Part shown: positions 35,586-46,700 of the stretch, piece by piece
How positions within the stretch are numbered: position 1 is the first letter of the stretch
Layout: every line of letters starts with the position of its first letter
Virus record (IMG/VR): IMGVR_UViG_3300043410_000565
Location: 28,236 to 92,235 of that record
Strand: one strand, 5' to 3'
Length of the DNA stretch: 64,000 nucleotides
Origin: a virus
Lineage: Duplodnaviria > Heunggongvirae > Uroviricota > Caudoviricetes
Translations under genes and position numbers: made by a program
Notes under the pieces: generated by a model
The model's database searches: none
What the model was told of the DNA's origin: nothing
Seen by the model: only the letters and a program-made list of their open reading frames with translations

Positions 35586-37417
35586 TGGCTTTCTCAAAAA
35601 GAATTAAAGTAAGCGAACTAGATTTTGACACGATTAAGTCAAACCTTAAAAATTTCCTTAGAGGTCAAGAACAATTTCAAGACTATGATTTTGACGGCTC
35701 TTCGTTTTCTATCTTATTAGACTTACTAGCATATAACACTCACTACAACTCGATCTATACTAACCTTGCAGTCAACGAAATGTTCCTTGACTCCGCAAGT
35801 AAGCGTTCTTCTGTTGTTTCGTTAGCTAAGATGTTGGGTTATACCCCAAACTCTGCAACCTGCGCGAAAGCGTATGTTAATGCTACTGTTACTGCCCCAA
35901 CATATAACCAAGACGTTGTAACCTTACAAGCGGGTCAACCATTCTTGACATCTATTGACGGTGTTTCTTACACTTTCTACAACCAAGACGACGTTACAAC
36001 TGTTGCTGCTGGTGGCTTCTATACCTTCTCTAACATTGAATTGATTGAGGGTATTCCACTTCGCTATAATTACTACATCGGCAAAGGTCAGAAATATGTT
36101 CTACCTAACAACAACGTTGACCTTACTACACTGAAAGTTAAGATTCGTGAAACTCCAACAGACGATACATTTACTGTATATACGTTGGCAGATTCTATGA
36201 CATCTCTAAGTGCCACAACGAAAGCATACTTCATTAAAGAATTAGATGATGGTTTATATGAAATCTATTTCGGTGATGGTGTTGTTGGTTTCAAACCAGA
36301 AGATGGTAACTACCTCTCTTTTGAATATTACGTTTCTTCTTTAGAAGCCCCTAATGGCGCAAACACATTCTCATATGCTGGATCTGCTATTTTGGGTTCT
36401 GGTTTAACTGTTGTTGCTAACACTCCAGCTTTGGGTGGCGCATCGCCAGAAGACGTTGACGCTATCAAGTATAATGCACCACGTATGTTCGCTGCACAGA
36501 ACCGTGCAGTTACAACTGAAGACTATAAAGCCTTGATCTTCAAGAACTTCCCGCAAGCAGCTTCAGTTGTTGTTTGGGGTGGTGAGGATAATGATCCGCC
36601 GATTTATGGCAAGACATTCATTTGTATCAAACCAACTGATACTAACAAACTAACTGAAGCCCAAAAAGACTTCATTAAAAATAACATCATTGCTCCAAAG
36701 TCTATCGTTTCTATTACGCCAGAGTTCGTTGATCCTGAATACTTCAACGTCCAAATTAACGTGACTGCATATTATAATGCTAAGATTTCAGATAAAACTC
36801 CAGCTCAGTTGGAAACAATTATTCGCGACTCGATCACAGCATACGATGACGAGAACCTGAAACGCTTCGATGGTATTCTTCGTTACTCTCAGTTAGTGCG
36901 TTTGGTTGATGATGCTGATCAAGCTATCGTGAACAACACAACCAAGGTTCTAGTACGTCGCGAGTTTACTCCACGATACAACCTTTCTTCTGAGTATAAG
37001 TTGAACATGATTAACCCGATCTATCGTTCAACTGTTCCTGATGAATCTGTACTATCAACTGGTTTCTATATCCCAGAATCAGCGAACGTTCACTATATCG
37101 ACGACGATGGCCAAGGAAACTTGCGTTTATTCTACTTTGATGCGAACCAAAATAAATATATCGTAAACCCAACAATCGGTAGTGTAAATTATGATAAGGG
37201 TACTTTAGTTATCCGCAACTTGGTTATTACTTCGATGGCTGAAGCAAAGTTTGAACTTATCTTGAAGCCTGAGTCTTATGACGTTATCACTGCTTACAAC
37301 CAGATTGTACAAATTGACCGTGCTCACTTAACAGTGAACGTAATTAACGATATGACAGCAGCTGGTTCGAACCAAGCAGGTAAGAACTATATCTTTACTT
37401 CAATTAGAAACACATAA
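35585..37417 (+). CDS. 6: baseplate wedge subunit gp6
   Basis: ELDFDTIKSNLK, DYDFDGS, LAYNTHYN, QNRAVTTEDY, WGGEDNDPPIYGK. Confidence 0.93.
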   Translation: MAFSKRIKVSELDFDTIKSNLKNFLRGQEQFQDYDFDGSSFSILLDLLAYNTHYNSIYTNLAVNEMFLDSASKRSSVVSLAKMLGYTPNSATCAKAYVNATVTAPTYNQDVVTLQAGQPFLTSIDGVSYTFYNQDDVTTVAAGGFYTFSNIELIEGIPLRYNYYIGKGQKYVLPNNNVDLTTLKVKIRETPTDDTFTVYTLADSMTSLSATTKAYFIKELDDGLYEIYFGDGVVGFKPEDGNYLSFEYYVSSLEAPNGANTFSYAGSAILGSGLTVVANTPALGGASPEDVDAIKYNAPRMFAAQNRAVTTEDYKALIFKNFPQAASVVVWGGEDNDPPIYGKTFICIKPTDTNKLTEAQKDFIKNNIIAPKSIVSITPEFVDPEYFNVQINVTAYYNAKISDKTPAQLETIIRDSITAYDDENLKRFDGILRYSQLVRLVDDADQAIVNNTTKVLVRREFTPRYNLSSEYKLNMINPIYRSTVPDESVLSTGFYIPESANVHYIDDDGQGNLRLFYFDANQNKYIVNPTIGSVNYDKGTLVIRNLVITSMAEAKFELILKPESYDVITAYNQIVQIDRAHLTVNVINDMTAAGSNQAGKNYIFTSIRNT

Positions 37418-39591
37418 TGGGTAAGTATAATAATATCCGTACAAAAATAAGCAACGTTGTTGCTACTCAGCTGCCCGAATTCGTGCGCAGCGAGTATCCA
37501 ACATTCGTTGCTTTCGTTGAGGCATATTATGAATTCCTTGAAGCCAACCAAGTTGATATCAGCAAAGTTAGAGATATTGATACAACTCTAGACGAGTTTA
37601 TTAAACACTTTAAATCTGAGCTTGCGCACAATTACCCAAACAGCGCCAGCTATGATACTGAACGATATCTTTTAAAACACATTAAAGACCAATACTTGGC
37701 AAAGGGATCAGAGGCTTCTTATAAGTTGCTATTCCGTTTGTTATATGGTAAAGACGTTTTCATGGAATACCCAGGAAAACAGATGCTTCGTGTTTCCGAT
37801 GGTCGTTGGCAGCAAGATATTTCTCTATTCGTTAGAGTTGACGTTGGTAACCCGATTGATCTTATTGGTAAGATTGTTGACATCCAAACGTCAAAGAAGA
37901 TTTACATCTCAACACCAGTCGATGGTTATTCTGCCAGCGGCAAGAACGTTACAAAAGTTACAGCTAACATTGAAAACGTTGTACCGTTTGACGCAGATGC
38001 TAATATCTATGAAGTATTCTTAAACAGAAACTTCTATGGCGAGATCTTCCCAGGTGACGTTGTTAAATATGGTTCAGTATTCCAAGGTCAGATTTTACCA
38101 GTAACATCTAAGATTAAGATCCAGAACAGAGGCGTTGGTTTCAAACCAGGTCAAGTGTTCCAAGTTTCTTCTGGTGATGGTACACCATTGTGGTTTAAAG
38201 TTCTTACAATTCAGACATACTATGATAAGAACGGTGCTAAGGTTGAAGGTGGTTTAAAAACTATCGACTTGATTCGTTTCGGTCTAAACTACAACACCGA
38301 CTTCTCGCTTACAGTGTTACCTTCTTCTGCGGTTTCTACCAACAAGAAGATTAAACAACAAGCAGTTGCGATTACATACTCCGTTGAAACTGGCACGATT
38401 TCTCAAATCAATATCAACTCTGCTGGTTATGGTTATCTAGTACCACCATCAGTTGAAATTGGTGGCGTTGGTGGCACTGGAGCAAGTGCCCATGCTGTAA
38501 TTGAAGACGGCGAAGTTGTAGAAATCATCGTTGATAATCCAGGATTTGGATATGAAAGTGCTTTCGTAAATATCGTACCGCAAGTTGGCGATCCAGGATC
38601 TGGCGCTGAAGCTGAGCCAACAATTGGTTTTATTTACAACTATGCGTATTCTGATTCTACAAGTGGTTTCAGTGAAAACGGTTATCTAAACTATGGTGAC
38701 TATTGGGCTTCTGACTTCTCTGACGGTGCCTACGTTGGTACAATCTGCCGTCAGTTCTTCGTTGACGCTAAAGACACTGCATCAAATGACTCTGCATTGT
38801 TGAACGTTTCTCTTGGCGCACTTGCAAGATACCCAGGATATTACAAAACTAACGACGGTTTCTTGGACGACTCAATGTTCATCCAAGACTCATATTACTA
38901 TCAAGCGTTCTCATACGTTGTTCGTATTGACCAACAGTTAGAAACATATGCCGCTGTGGTTCGTACTATGCTACACCCTTCTGGTATGGCTATGTTCGGT
39001 GAATACTCAATCAATAACAAGATTGACTTAGCAGTTGGATTGCAATCTCTTGTCAAATCTCTTGGTATTACCTTATACGATACTATGGTTGTTTCTGATG
39101 ACCAGAAGTTTGACCAATATGGTAATGTCATTCGTGGTGTTTATTATACATTCTCTAAGGATCTAAACACCGCATCTGAAGTACCAGTCGATGAGATTCA
39201 AAGCCTATTCTTTGTTAAGAAAGCGCAAGACGACTCAGTTGTGGCAACTACACCTGAACTATTCTGGTATTTTGTCAAGAAGATAGGTTTTACTGGTCAG
39301 GCTGAATCTGTATTCGCTATTGATGATGGTTCTAAGAAAACCTTGACAAAAGATGTCAGAGATACAACATCATTGGTTGAAAACTATGCAAAGATCTATA
39401 CGAATAAGGCATTTACAGACCCTCAGCCAATTGCAGATGTACATAGTTTATTTTATACCCTAAATACCATTGATGATCCATTAACTGGGGAATACCCAGA
39501 AATAGGATACGTTGTATTGAACCCATATGACGAGGGTTCTTATCAAGCTGAACATTATTCAAATAATCGAGACGCAACATTCTCAACATAA
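37417..39591 (+). CDS. 7: baseplate wedge initiator gp7-like
   Basis: QLPEFVRSEYPTFVAFVEAYYEF, KGSEASYKLLFRLLYG, QDSYYYQAFSYV, LHPSGMAMFGE. Confidence 0.8.
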   Translation: MGKYNNIRTKISNVVATQLPEFVRSEYPTFVAFVEAYYEFLEANQVDISKVRDIDTTLDEFIKHFKSELAHNYPNSASYDTERYLLKHIKDQYLAKGSEASYKLLFRLLYGKDVFMEYPGKQMLRVSDGRWQQDISLFVRVDVGNPIDLIGKIVDIQTSKKIYISTPVDGYSASGKNVTKVTANIENVVPFDADANIYEVFLNRNFYGEIFPGDVVKYGSVFQGQILPVTSKIKIQNRGVGFKPGQVFQVSSGDGTPLWFKVLTIQTYYDKNGAKVEGGLKTIDLIRFGLNYNTDFSLTVLPSSAVSTNKKIKQQAVAITYSVETGTISQININSAGYGYLVPPSVEIGGVGGTGASAHAVIEDGEVVEIIVDNPGFGYESAFVNIVPQVGDPGSGAEAEPTIGFIYNYAYSDSTSGFSENGYLNYGDYWASDFSDGAYVGTICRQFFVDAKDTASNDSALLNVSLGALARYPGYYKTNDGFLDDSMFIQDSYYYQAFSYVVRIDQQLETYAAVVRTMLHPSGMAMFGEYSINNKIDLAVGLQSLVKSLGITLYDTMVVSDDQKFDQYGNVIRGVYYTFSKDLNTASEVPVDEIQSLFFVKKAQDDSVVATTPELFWYFVKKIGFTGQAESVFAIDDGSKKTLTKDVRDTTSLVENYAKIYTNKAFTDPQPIADVHSLFYTLNTIDDPLTGEYPEIGYVVLNPYDEGSYQAEHYSNNRDATFST

Positions 39592-39601
39592 AGGAGTCCT
39601 T

Positions 39602-40063
39602 ATGACTGAACAATTTTCTGAAAGCCAAGTAGCCCCAAAGGGATGGGTTACAATTACTAAGACTAACGAACTAGGTCAAATTACAGATCAGTTCGAAGTC
39701 CCTAACCTAGTTGTTACTGCAGGTAAAATTTACATTGCAGGTAAGATGATTGCAACTGATTCCAACGTGCCAATCGCTATGTCTCACATGGGTATTGGTA
39801 CTGGTACTGCATCCCCAGTTGCTGAAGACACTGGTTTGGGTACTCAAACTGGTCGTGTTCTATTGAGCGGTTCTCTACAAGATAACAACTCTATCACTTA
39901 CACTGCTACTTTCCCAGCAGGTACTGGTACTGGTGCTATTACTGAAGCTGGTATTTTCAACGCTGGTACTGGTGGTACTATGCTTTGCCGCACAGTGTTC
40001 CCAGTTGTTACTAAGCAAGCTGGTGATACAATCGCTGTTACTTGGAAAGTTACAGTAAGCTGA
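39602..40063 (+). CDS. virion structural protein (tail-associated)
   Basis: NLVVTAGK, MGIGTG, YTATFPAGTGTGAITEAGIFNA, VVTKQAGD; AAGGAG RBS gives start 39602. Confidence 0.8.
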   Translation: MTEQFSESQVAPKGWVTITKTNELGQITDQFEVPNLVVTAGKIYIAGKMIATDSNVPIAMSHMGIGTGTASPVAEDTGLGTQTGRVLLSGSLQDNNSITYTATFPAGTGTGAITEAGIFNAGTGGTMLCRTVFPVVTKQAGDTIAVTWKVTVS

Positions 40064-40115
40064 TTTATCGCAATATATTATGCGACTATCAACAGGTTAT
40101 ACGGAATAAAACAGA

Positions 40116-43100
40116 ATGGCAAATACATCTTTAATTAAGAATATCCTTTACAAGTCTTTAGCTGAGGGTGTTTTTAAGGACGTGGTTACACGTTCGTCTT
40201 CATACTACTATTACCTTGGCAAAACATTGTCATGGGAAGATGAGACCAAACCACCGTTACCTGTTGATAGTTATACTTACGAGCGTGCTGCTCGTAATGA
40301 GATCATCACGATCAAAGAAATTAAGCCATCAGACGTATCTTTCGTTATCCCAAGAAGAGATTGGGTTTCTGATATCGTCTATGACATGTATGATGACAGA
40401 TACTCCGACGAAGTTCTTGGTATTAACATTGTTTCTGGTGGTTCTGGATATATTAACGTTGATGACATCAATATCACTATCACTGGCGGTGGTGGTACTG
40501 GAGCGACCGCAGTTGCTGTTGAAGCATTCCGTGGTGGTATATCAAAGGTAATTTTGACTGAACCTGGTTCTGGTTATACTTCAGAACCAACTGTCACAGT
40601 AACATCGGCATCTGGTCAAGGTGCAGTATTAAAAGCCACCATGGGTATTACAATCAATGGTGTTCAGAAGATTGAAGATACAAACTTCTATGTTGTTACT
40701 GATGATTACAACGTGTACAAGTGTCTAGATAATAACAATAATACACGTTCTATGTACAAACCTACTGGAACGCAGTTAGACCCTATTACAACTCTTGATG
40801 GTTATGTTTGGAAGTTTATGTATAACATTCCAATTAACCTACGCAACAAATTCTATACCGATGAGTACGTGCCAGTAGTTTCTGCGTTGACTAACCACTT
40901 CTACTCTAATGGTACAATTGACAACATCTTTATTGCGAATAAAGGTAAAAATTATACTTCTGCCGTGGTTTCTGTTACAGGTGATGGTTACAGAAGTTCT
41001 GACCCAATCTATATCAACGACGCACGTGTTGTTGCTGAAGGTACTGGTTATACAGCCCCGCAAATTGAATTTAGCGCACCATTCGGCGCAGCTTCTCAAT
41101 TTGTTGCAAACAGTAGCGTAAATTTGGGTCAAGTTATTTACACTGAAGATTTTGATTACTATGAGGTTGTAACTCCTGGTAGAATGTCAGCAGTCCCACC
41201 TTCTCATAAGTTTAACGTTGTGCAAAACAACGAAGCTGCTCTTAAGTTCGTTGGAACCCGTTTAAAGGGTAGCGTATCATTACGCAACGATCAGAACATC
41301 ACACGAATCGACTTAACTAATCCTGGCGTTGGTTACACTTCTGTTCCAACAGTTACAATTACTGATCCAACTGGTGTTAATGCTATTGCAACTGCCAGAA
41401 TCAGCACTTCAACTATTTCAAACGTAACAATCGTTGATGGTGGTACTGGTTATCTAAACCCAACAGTTGACGTTGTTGGCGGTGGTGGTAATGGTACTGA
41501 ATTACAAGCAATTGTTTCTGGTGGTGTTATTACCAGCGTTGTTATTTTACAATCTGGTCAAGGGTACACAAGTGTGCCTAATTTGGTTATCACAGACGCT
41601 GCTGGTACTGGCGCAGAATTAACTGCTGTTCTTTCTGGCTCCCCAATTACAAGTATCGTTGTTTCTAATGGTGGTACTGGCTATACAGACCCAACAGTAA
41701 CTATTACTGGTGGTGGTGGCGCTGCTGCGGTAGCTGAAGCTACAGTTGAAACTGGGGTTATTGACGATATTACTTTATTCGGTTCAGTCCGCGAAGTTGT
41801 TGTTTTGAACTCTGGTTCTGGTTACAGAGAGCCTCCTGAAATTATTATTGGTACTGCTTTAGATTCTATCGAGGTTCAAGATGGAGGTTCTGGTTACACT
41901 TCTGAACCTGATGTAATCTTAACTGGCGGTGGTGGTTCTGGTGCTACTGCAGCTGCTATTTTGACAGGTGATGTTGTAACATCAATCGTCGTAGTTGACA
42001 GAGGTACAGGCTACACTCAGGCACCATTAGTTACAATCACTGGCGGTGGTGGTTCTGGTGCTACTGCAGTTGCGACTCTAGCAAGCGGATCATACGCTGA
42101 AGTGAAATCTAAATTATACGCTGATAAAGTTATCTCAACATATGTTGTAAACCCAGGAGATAATTATAACGAAGTACCTTCTGTGACTTTCGGTAAAGCA
42201 TATGAACCATTCTTAGAAGTTTATACCAACCAACAATATTCTAACGGTAATTATCTGTATACTGTTATTGAAGATGGCGTATTCGGTACGTTATACCCAA
42301 CTTGGGCAACTGCTAATGATATTCGTTATACATCAAATCCATGGGAAGCTGATATGCCAGTCTCTTATGGTGAAACTGTATACGTCGCAAACAGATTATA
42401 CAAAGTTGTTGTAGCTGGAACTACATCATCTACTGCTCCAACGCACACTACTGGTATTGAAGTTGATAACACAGCTGAATTAGAATATATCGGTAAACCT
42501 GCAAGTGTTAGAAAAGACGGTTCTGTTGCCACTGGTTATGCCGTTCTACGTTACGGTGCTGGTTATTCTGTAACACCAACAATTGCATTTAATGATCCAA
42601 CTGGTACTGGCGCAGAGATTAACTTCTTGACATCAAAGTCTGAAGCTAAGATTTCTGCCATTACTGAAGATGGACAGATCGCATACCTAGTTATTGACGA
42701 TCCTGGTGTAGGTTACACTAAAGCGTCTATCACTGTTTCTGGTGAAGGGCAAGGTGCTTCTTTAATCCCTGACTTGAGCCTTGGTGCTATTTCGTCACAA
42801 CAAGCCAACAACGAGATTTTAACACCTCCTGGAACTATTGACGCTATCGCTATCGTTTCTGGTGGTTATTCTTATGGTGTTGCCAACGTTTCTATCGAGG
42901 GTGACGGTACTGGAGCAACTGCTGAAGCAGTTATCAACCCAATTACTAACTCAATCACTAAGATTATTGTGACTAATCGCGGTCAAGATTACACTTACGC
43001 TAATGTTAGAATTATTGGTAACGGTCAAGGTGCTGAGTTGCGTGCTATCATCTCTCCATATGGTGGTCATGGTAAGAACTGCCCTGAAGAACTATACGCA

Positions 43101-43748
43101 CGTTCATTGATGTTCTACTCAAACATCTCAACCGACTTGAACCAAGGTGTTGTAGTTGGCAACGATTATCGCCAAGTTGGTATTATTAAGAACCCTCGCG
43201 TGTTCCAAGGATATGAGAAATATCAAGGTTCTATCGGTTCTGCGTGTTATATCGTTCAGTCACCTATCAATACTGCTAAGTTTATAAAGGATGATGAGTT
43301 ATTCATTGAGCGAGTTACTACTCCTGAGATTGAATGGGCTTCTTCCATTAACCTAGTTATCGGTGACTTTATTTGGTATGAGGATAGAATTTATACTGTT
43401 GTTGTTTCTGGTGTCACTGATTCTGTACCTCCAACAACAGTTACTGGTTCTGAAGAAATCGGTTCTGCGGTTGTAACATACGTTGGTTCTACAAAGTCTA
43501 AGAAGCGTTATCGTATTGTTTCAGTTACAGATACTACTGCTTTGGTGCAATCTCTTGATAATGACATCCCTTCATCAAACGACGTTTTCATTAAGACTTC
43601 TAGTATCACAGATAACTTTACTGCGGTTACAGTAGGCTATCCTTCGTTTGATAAATACTCTGGACAGTTAATGTACATTGATAACAAACAAGGCTTCACA
43701 CCTTCTGGTGATGAAACAATTACTTTACGAACAATTATCAAATTCTAA
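40116..43748 (+). CDS. 8: expanded baseplate wedge subunit gp8-like
   Basis: gp8-like core (YYYLGK, PRRDW, NVYKCLDN, DGYVWKFMY, YRQVGIIKNP, GQLMYIDN) interrupted by GxGYT-P-V-ITGGGG repeats. Confidence 0.8.
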   Translation: MANTSLIKNILYKSLAEGVFKDVVTRSSSYYYYLGKTLSWEDETKPPLPVDSYTYERAARNEIITIKEIKPSDVSFVIPRRDWVSDIVYDMYDDRYSDEVLGINIVSGGSGYINVDDINITITGGGGTGATAVAVEAFRGGISKVILTEPGSGYTSEPTVTVTSASGQGAVLKATMGITINGVQKIEDTNFYVVTDDYNVYKCLDNNNNTRSMYKPTGTQLDPITTLDGYVWKFMYNIPINLRNKFYTDEYVPVVSALTNHFYSNGTIDNIFIANKGKNYTSAVVSVTGDGYRSSDPIYINDARVVAEGTGYTAPQIEFSAPFGAASQFVANSSVNLGQVIYTEDFDYYEVVTPGRMSAVPPSHKFNVVQNNEAALKFVGTRLKGSVSLRNDQNITRIDLTNPGVGYTSVPTVTITDPTGVNAIATARISTSTISNVTIVDGGTGYLNPTVDVVGGGGNGTELQAIVSGGVITSVVILQSGQGYTSVPNLVITDAAGTGAELTAVLSGSPITSIVVSNGGTGYTDPTVTITGGGGAAAVAEATVETGVIDDITLFGSVREVVVLNSGSGYREPPEIIIGTALDSIEVQDGGSGYTSEPDVILTGGGGSGATAAAILTGDVVTSIVVVDRGTGYTQAPLVTITGGGGSGATAVATLASGSYAEVKSKLYADKVISTYVVNPGDNYNEVPSVTFGKAYEPFLEVYTNQQYSNGNYLYTVIEDGVFGTLYPTWATANDIRYTSNPWEADMPVSYGETVYVANRLYKVVVAGTTSSTAPTHTTGIEVDNTAELEYIGKPASVRKDGSVATGYAVLRYGAGYSVTPTIAFNDPTGTGAEINFLTSKSEAKISAITEDGQIAYLVIDDPGVGYTKASITVSGEGQGASLIPDLSLGAISSQQANNEILTPPGTIDAIAIVSGGYSYGVANVSIEGDGTGATAEAVINPITNSITKIIVTNRGQDYTYANVRIIGNGQGAELRAIISPYGGHGKNCPEELYARSLMFYSNISTDLNQGVVVGNDYRQVGIIKNPRVFQGYEKYQGSIGSACYIVQSPINTAKFIKDDELFIERVTTPEIEWASSINLVIGDFIWYEDRIYTVVVSGVTDSVPPTTVTGSEEIGSAVVTYVGSTKSKKRYRIVSVTDTTALVQSLDNDIPSSNDVFIKTSSITDNFTAVTVGYPSFDKYSGQLMYIDNKQGFTPSGDETITLRTIIKF

Positions 43749-43788
43749 CTAAATAATTGTAAGTTTAAATTTTTAGAAGAGACACAGA

Positions 43789-46700
43789 ATGGCACTAGAC
43801 TTTAATACAGAACCGTACTTTGATGATTACAGCGACGCGAAGGATTTCTATAGAATCCTTTTCCGTCCAAGTTATGCGGTTCAAGCCCGAGAACTTACTC
43901 AAATCCAAACTATTCTCCAGAATCAAGTTTCTCGATTCGGAGATCACGTTTTTAAGAACGGTTCGCAAGTTATCCCTGGCTCTGTAAACGTCAATAACAA
44001 AGTACACTTCATTAAACTTGAAAAGTTTACTGGTACTGAAGACGTTACAACATATATCAAAGAATTTAAGAATAAAGTTATCAGAGGTGAAACCTCTGGT
44101 GTAAAAATGGTCGTTATTGATACATCAGCTGATTCTTCAGTTGTTGACAATCTAGACGAACCGACATTATACTGCCAGATTGAAGGTACTGCTGATAACA
44201 ACGAAACATATCGTTTACAACCTGGCGAAAACATCTGGGCTGAAGTTGAAGACAACTTGATCAGCACTAACTTCCGTTTGACTGAAGATCAGTTAGTTCG
44301 CCGTCAACTTATTATTAAAGCCACTGGTTCTGAAGGCGAAGAGCCTTCTACATATCTAGAAGCTCCGACAATTGATTTCCCAAATCCAGCTTCTTCTAAC
44401 GTTCTTGGCTATGCTTACAGCGTAGAAGTTAAGGCTGGTATTTATTACGTTGATGGTATCTTTGTTCGCAATGACGACTTAAAAGTTTATGCGGGTCGTT
44501 TCTCGAACACACCAACTTACCGTGTCGGTTTTAAAGTAACAGAAGAATATATTACTCCAGAAGACGACGAGTCAATCCTCGACAACGCAACTGGTTCTTA
44601 TAACTTCGCCGCACCTGGCGCTCACCGCTATCAAATTAAACTTTCTCTAGTTAAACTACCTCTGGTCAGCACTGATACATTCAAGTTTATTGAATTGGTT
44701 CGTGTTGTTGATGGTCGCATTCAATCTAAAGTTGATCGTGCTTCTTACTCAGAATTAGAAAAAGCTATGGCTCGCCGCACACACGATGAGTCTGGCAACT
44801 ATGAAGTAAACAAGTTTAAACTATCAATCCGCGAACACTTAAACGATGGTACAAACCAAGGTATGTATCCAGAGTTAATCGGTACTGCAGTTCCTGGAAC
44901 AACTTATGGCGATGCTGATAAGTTCGTTCTTGTTATGGATCCTGGTAAAGCGTATGTTAGCGGTTACGAGATTGAATCTACATCTTCTCAATACATTGAG
45001 TTCGATAAAGCTCGCGAAAACAATGGCTTGGAAAACGGTCACGTTCGCCGCATTGGTCTACAAAACATTGGTTTGAATTATGGTAACTATGTAAAGGTTA
45101 ATAACCTATTCAGAGTGCCAGATATTAAGAACTTCACTAAGGTTTACCTAGTTAAGAAGTTGCAACCAAAACCAGCCACATTCAGAGTCAATCTTTCTGG
45201 CGGTTCAGTATCATCAGTTGATGTTATTGACGGTGGTATTGGTTACAGCGGTAATGGTACTGTCGTTATCAAACCAACTTCTTCTTTCTCTGGTACTCCT
45301 GCAGTAGCAACTGCAACTGTTACTAATGGTAAAGTTGTTTCTGTTTCTGTTGGTACTGCTGGTTCTGGTTATTCAACTACACCAAACGCATACTTTATTT
45401 CTAACCTAACAGGTTTGGGTGTTGCACCATCAGCTTCTGATATCGTTGGTACTGCTCGTGTAAAAGCCCTACAACTAGCTTCTGGTTCATACTCTAGCGC
45501 AGCTACTGTATACAACCTTGGTCTAATTGACATCAACATGAACAGCGGTTATTCTTTTGACCTTGATGTTAAGTCTATCATCGGTACTGCTGGTTCTGGT
45601 AACTTCTCTTGCGATGTACAACCAACTCTAGTTAGTCTAATCGGTACAGGTACATCTTCAACATCTTCAACTACTATTACTGGTTCTGGTACTGCGTTTA
45701 TCGGATTTGTTAAAGCTGGCGATATTATTTACTTGAACGACAAACGTGTTGGTACTGTATCTACATTCACCAATACTGCTATCACTCTAACTGCTAACGC
45801 TGAATTTGCGGTAACAGATGGACGTATTAGCGTATTTACTTCTACACTATACGAGCCAAAATTTGAATCTCTGTTATTCCCAGTTGGTCAAGCATATGTT
45901 AAGACTCTAAAAGGAAGAAACGCTAACAACACAGCTGATACTGAGCCAGTATCTAGCACTCTAGTTCGCCGTCTATTCGGTTCTAAGACTTCTTCTAACA
46001 ACATTGTTGAATTCAAAGTAACAGATACTGACGAAACTATCGAACTAGATACAGATTTGTCAAACTACACTCTAATCAATAATACAACTGGTCTTCCAGT
46101 TGATATTAGCGAAACTACTGTAACTTTCAACTCTTCTGGTCCACGCCAAACTGTTTATATCTCTGGCGTTGCTGATACAGAATCATATTCTCTAATTGCT
46201 TCTGTTGCTCAAGAACAAGCTGCTGCAAGAGCGAAACAAAAAGTTCTAGTTGAGAACTATGAGTTTGATGGTGCATTCAAGAAGAATATTGCAGCCACTT
46301 CGGCTATTACGCTAGATCACTGCGATATCTTTAAATTGAAGTCAGTTCTAATGAATCCTGGCGAGTTCGACACATTCGATGAACTTGCTGCTATTGATAT
46401 TACTGACCGCTATACTCTAGACAACGGTCAACGCGATACATACTATGCTGCTGGTCGTATCTTGTTGAAGCCAGGTTTCCAAGTACCAAACGGTGCTATC
46501 CGTGTTGTGTATGATTACTTCGAAGGTGGTATTGAAAGCGGTAACTACTTCTCAGTGGATTCTTACACTCACGCTTCTGGCGTTCCATACGCTGATATTC
46601 CTTCTCACTATGTTACTAACCAAGAAAATGGTAAGCGTGTTCAAACATCTCTATCTGATGTTTTAGACTTCCGCCCATATATTTCTGGTTTAAACGCAAG

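Noticed and set aside
40400-42100. GGTGGTGGT-rich stretches as DNA tandem repeats or G-quadruplexes
   Set aside because: Explained by Gly-rich protein repeats with degenerate third positions
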